Notes under the pieces: model-generated
What the model saw: only the letters and a program-made list of their open reading frames with translations
Database searches by the model: none
Told to the model about the DNA's origin: nothing
Origin: an uncultured Acidobacteriota bacterium
GTDB taxonomy: Bacteria; Acidobacteriota; Terriglobia; Terriglobales; Acidobacteriaceae
Reading direction: 5' to 3'
Length of the DNA: 55,444 bases
Assembly: GCA_963718435.1 (NCBI GenBank)
Contig: CAVQZQ010000085.1
Span: forward strand, 1 to 55,444
In this document: in pieces, positions 52,858 through 55,444 of the stretch
How positions within the stretch are numbered: position 1 is the first letter of the stretch
How the letters are laid out: the number at the start of each line of letters is the position of its first letter
Made by a program: the position numbers and the translations under genes

Positions 52858-54003
52858 ATGGATGTTGGCAATTCAGATTCGGCGTCGCGGCCGGTCGATG
52901 ACTGGTCATTGAGCGGCGAAATTGCGCGTTCGATGGCCATTGAGGCCGGATTCACCGAGGCGGGCCTGGTGGCCTTACCGCATGCCGAGGAGACGCGCGA
53001 GGCGTCACGATTCGAGCAGTGGATCCGGGCGGGACGCGCAGGAACCATGGATTATCTGTCGAGGACGAACGAGGATGAGCAGATGCGCCTGTCCGCTCGC
53101 GGGCGGGGATTCCGTTTCCTTGGGCGCGGTCGGCAGTGGTGTGCTTTGCCAGCTACCATGCGGCAGAGCCGCTCTCAACTGAACCGGCCGCACTGGGTGC
53201 CGGTTGGATTGCGCGCTATGCCTGGACAAGCCGCGTTGACGGTGCGGCAGTGCGTCGACCGAGCGATTACCACAAAGTTTTACTGAAGCGGCTGCGCAAA
53301 CTGGAGTCGCGGCTTCACGAGCAAGCGGGGGCATTCGAAGCGCGGGCCTACGTGGACACGGGACCGGTGGTGGAGCGCACGCTGGCCACGGCGGCCGGGC
53401 TGGGCTGGACGGGGAAAAATACCTGCCTGATCCATCCCAAGCTTGGCTCTTTTGGTTTTCTGGCGGTTCTGCTGACTTCGTTGCCGGTCGCGAGATGAAA
53501 CAGGCGCTGCGCTGGTCCGGGACCAATGCGGAAGCTGCCGGCGCTGCCTTGAGGCCTGCCCGACGGGTGCGCTGATCGCGCCTTACCAGATGGATGCGAC
53601 GCGGTGCATCTCGTACCTGACGATCGAGCACAAGGGAGCAATCGAGGCGGAATTGATGGAAGACATGGGACGGCAGGTCTTCGGCTGCGATATTTGCCAG
53701 GACGTGTGCCCATGGAATCGAAAAGCGGCACCCGGCGGGGACGCCGAGTTGGAGACACGGCCCGAGTTGGTGAATCCAGCGCTCGAATGGCTTGCACAGA
53801 TGGATGAAGCGGAGTTTGAACGGACCTTTAATGGCTCACCGGTGCGGCGTGCCGGGCTCCTCGGACTGCGGCGCAATGTGGCAGTTGCGATGGGCAACAG
53901 CGGGCTGGCGGGATTCGCGTCGCAGTTGCGCACGTGGGCGAGCGCGGCAGACGAAAGCTTGCGCTCAGCCGCGCTGTGGGCCCTGGAGAAACTCACCAAG
54001 TGA
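52858..54003 (+). CDS. queG: tRNA epoxyqueuosine(34) reductase QueG, at least 3 frameshifts
   Basis: N-terminus MAIEAGFTEAGLVALP...WIRAGRAGTMDYLSRTNE is in ORF 52858..53286. The middle YVDTGPVVERTLATAAGLGWTGKNTCLIHPKLGSFGFLAVLLTSLP is in ORF 53136..53498. The C-terminus RCISYLTIEHKGAIEAELMEDMGRQVFGCDICQDVCPWNR is in ORF 53590..54003. Confidence 0.75.
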
Positions 54004-54074
54004 GTGGGTTCGACAGATATCTATCACTCCGAACCACAGGCAACCGCAGCGGTGCGAAAAACGCCACGCAAAAG

Positions 54075-54281
54075 TTATACCACTCGCATTACATTGGCCG
54101 CGTTTAGGCCTTTGGGGCCTTGCTGGCACTCAAACTCAACAGCGTCGCCCTCGTTCAACGTTCTGTAGCCGTCTTCCTGGATGGCAGAGAAATGCACAAA
54201 CACATCTTCTCCGCTGGAGCGCTGAATGAACCCATATCCCTTGGCCCCGTTGAACCACTTCACCACGCCTTGTTCTTTCAT
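54075..54281 (-). CDS. cspA: Cold-shock protein (CspA family)
   Basis: [64 protein letters not shown] has the RNP1/RNP2 motifs. GGAG RBS sits 8 nt upstream. 68 aa. Confidence 0.9.
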   Translation of the reverse strand: MKEQGVVKWFNGAKGYGFIQRSSGEDVFVHFSAIQEDGYRTLNEGDAVEFECQQGPKGLNAANVMRVV

Positions 54282-54848
54282 AGCACTTTCTCCTTCTTGT
54301 ATCGCTCGAACAACGGCCATCCAAATACAGATCTTGCCGTATTGGCTGGCTCGATCCGACTGGGGATAGGTTCCTTCCGCCAAATAGGGCGCAGTTTCTC
54401 CCGGCGCTCGGCAACCTCGCGCTGTGGCAGCTCAATGACCTACCTGGATTGGAGTTGTGTCTGCGAGAACCAAAACATCCAAAGCGAACGGCCTTCTGTG
54501 AATTTTGAGGGACGCGCCCCCGCGCGCCGTGCTCCTGTTATGGCAGGAAATTCAAGAGGATGCAAGGGGAAAATTTGCGGGGAGCGGTTAAAGCAATCTA
54601 GGTGGTTGGACGTTACGGACGTCACAGCAGGTAATGAGCGCGAAGCGTCTATTCTTTAAGAAAGCCCAAAGAATCGGCAGCGACGCGTGCCCGAACCTAT
54701 ATTCGATTGGCCTTAAGGGAGTTATGGTGGACGTCCCAAATTCCGGTACGTACGTCGAGGCGGCAGCGAATACCGCGGAGATGGCCCAGGCGATCGATCC
54801 GGCTCAACCCCCAGGTGGCATCGCTGGCGGAGGGGAGGAATAGCACTG

Positions 54849-55444
54849 GTGCGTTACTTGCTGGACAGCCAGGTACACACCTACGCGTTCAGTGTCGCGG
54901 CCAATGCGATCATCTCGTTTATTCCTTTCATCGTGCTGCTCTACACGTTGTCACGGGCGGTATTTCACTCGCAGATGATGGTGCACGTGGTGGGCGAAAT
55001 GGTGCACTACTTTTTGCCGTCGAATCAGGATTGGGTTGCGGCAAGCCTGGCGGCCGCGGCGGCACGGCAAGGCGTGCAGGTGTTTTCGCTGGTCATGATC
55101 CTGGTCTCGTGCACGGGAATCTTTTTGCCTTTGGAAGTGGCTTTGAACCAGGCCTGGGGCGTGACTAAAAGCCGTAACTATCTTCTGAACCAGTTAGTAG
55201 CTTTTGGACTGGCAATCCTAATGGTCGGGCTGGCGATGATCAGCATCGTGCTTAGCACCTGGCAGCGCCAACTACTGGGTTTCATCTTCTTTCATCACAC
55301 CGATAACTTCGTGTTTGAAGGAGTCAGCTATCTTTGGCTGGCCGCATCCACGGGTGTTGCCTCGATTCTTTTCTTTTTTTCTATTTACTGGTTGCTGCCC
55401 ACCCGAAGAATTCCGTGGCGGCACGTTCTAATTTATGATTGCCT
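54849..55444 (+). CDS. YihY/BrkB-family inner-membrane protein, 3'-partial (runs off the window end); start uncertain
   Basis: Frame 0 is open from about 54810 to the window end with no stop. YAFSVAANAIISFIPFIVLLYTL and multiple TM helices are typical of YihY/BrkB. A GTG at 54849 is preceded by GGAGGGGAGGA. Confidence 0.6.
   Translation, partial: MRYLLDSQVHTYAFSVAANAIISFIPFIVLLYTLSRAVFHSQMMVHVVGEMVHYFLPSNQDWVAASLAAAAARQGVQVFSLVMILVSCTGIFLPLEVALNQAWGVTKSRNYLLNQLVAFGLAILMVGLAMISIVLSTWQRQLLGFIFFHHTDNFVFEGVSYLWLAASTGVASILFFFSIYWLLPTRRIPWRHVLIYDC

Overview
This 55.4-kb window is chromosomal DNA that looks acidobacterial and mostly housekeeping or metabolic; I found no transposase, integrase or CRISPR array. 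The acidobacterial call rests on two TonB-dependent receptors with N-terminal carboxypeptidase-regulatory-like domains, a VWFA-related acidobacterial-type protein, and GC of about 58-60% apart from a roughly 72% GC block at the 5' end.

Reading left to right, the contents are:

- 1-3.8 kb: a compositionally foreign, frameshifted 6-phosphogluconate dehydrogenase fragment abutting a 5'-truncated xanthine dehydrogenase xdhA-like pseudogene. These sit upstream of an intact, translationally coupled urate-degradation operon (uraD, uraH, uox) and a frameshifted mocA-like cytidylyltransferase.
- 3.8-6 kb: an APC permease and a DUF2165 membrane protein.
- 6.3-10.3 kb: a large TonB-dependent receptor.
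- 10.8-13.8 kb: secA riddled with frameshifts.
- 13.9-15.2 kb: three small membrane proteins directly upstream of secA, two of them paralogues.
- 15.3-15.6 kb and 18.8-19.3 kb: two tandem-repeat arrays that share hairpin motifs.
- 15.6-21.7 kb: tmk, a frameshifted DUF3034-like outer-membrane protein, a frameshifted aromatic/Gly-repeat secreted protein, recJ and a small acidic protein.
- 21.7-24 kb: a [2Fe-2S] ferredoxin, two DUF507 paralogues, tRNA-Glu(CUC) and a J-domain protein.
- 24.3-26.2 kb: an encapsulin shell gene with a DyP peroxidase cargo gene.
- 26.6-33.7 kb: transaldolase, pyruvate oxidase poxB (frameshifted), an MFS DHA2 transporter and a secreted DUF4331 protein.
- 33.9-41.5 kb: two tandem TPR paralogues, an 861-aa fusion of two NicO-type Ni/Co transporter domains behind a periplasmic domain, and a second TonB-dependent receptor.
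- 41.7-45.5 kb: a tandem class-II aldolase, a FucI/AraA-like isomerase and RhaM mutarotase.
- 45.8-55.4 kb: VWA and transglutaminase-like proteins, ppdK (frameshifted), queG (frameshifted), cspA and a partial YihY/BrkB gene.

The most striking global feature is that indels are confined to discrete blocks, mostly conserved and higher-GC genes, while long lineage-specific genes are clean. I favour assembly or sequencing artefact over real gene decay. The candidates for novel biology are the Ni/Co fusion transporter with its TonB-dependent receptor, the DyP-encapsulin operon with an out-of-frame targeting peptide, the duplicated small membrane proteins upstream of secA (one carrying an insertion-created uORF), and the shared-motif repeat family.
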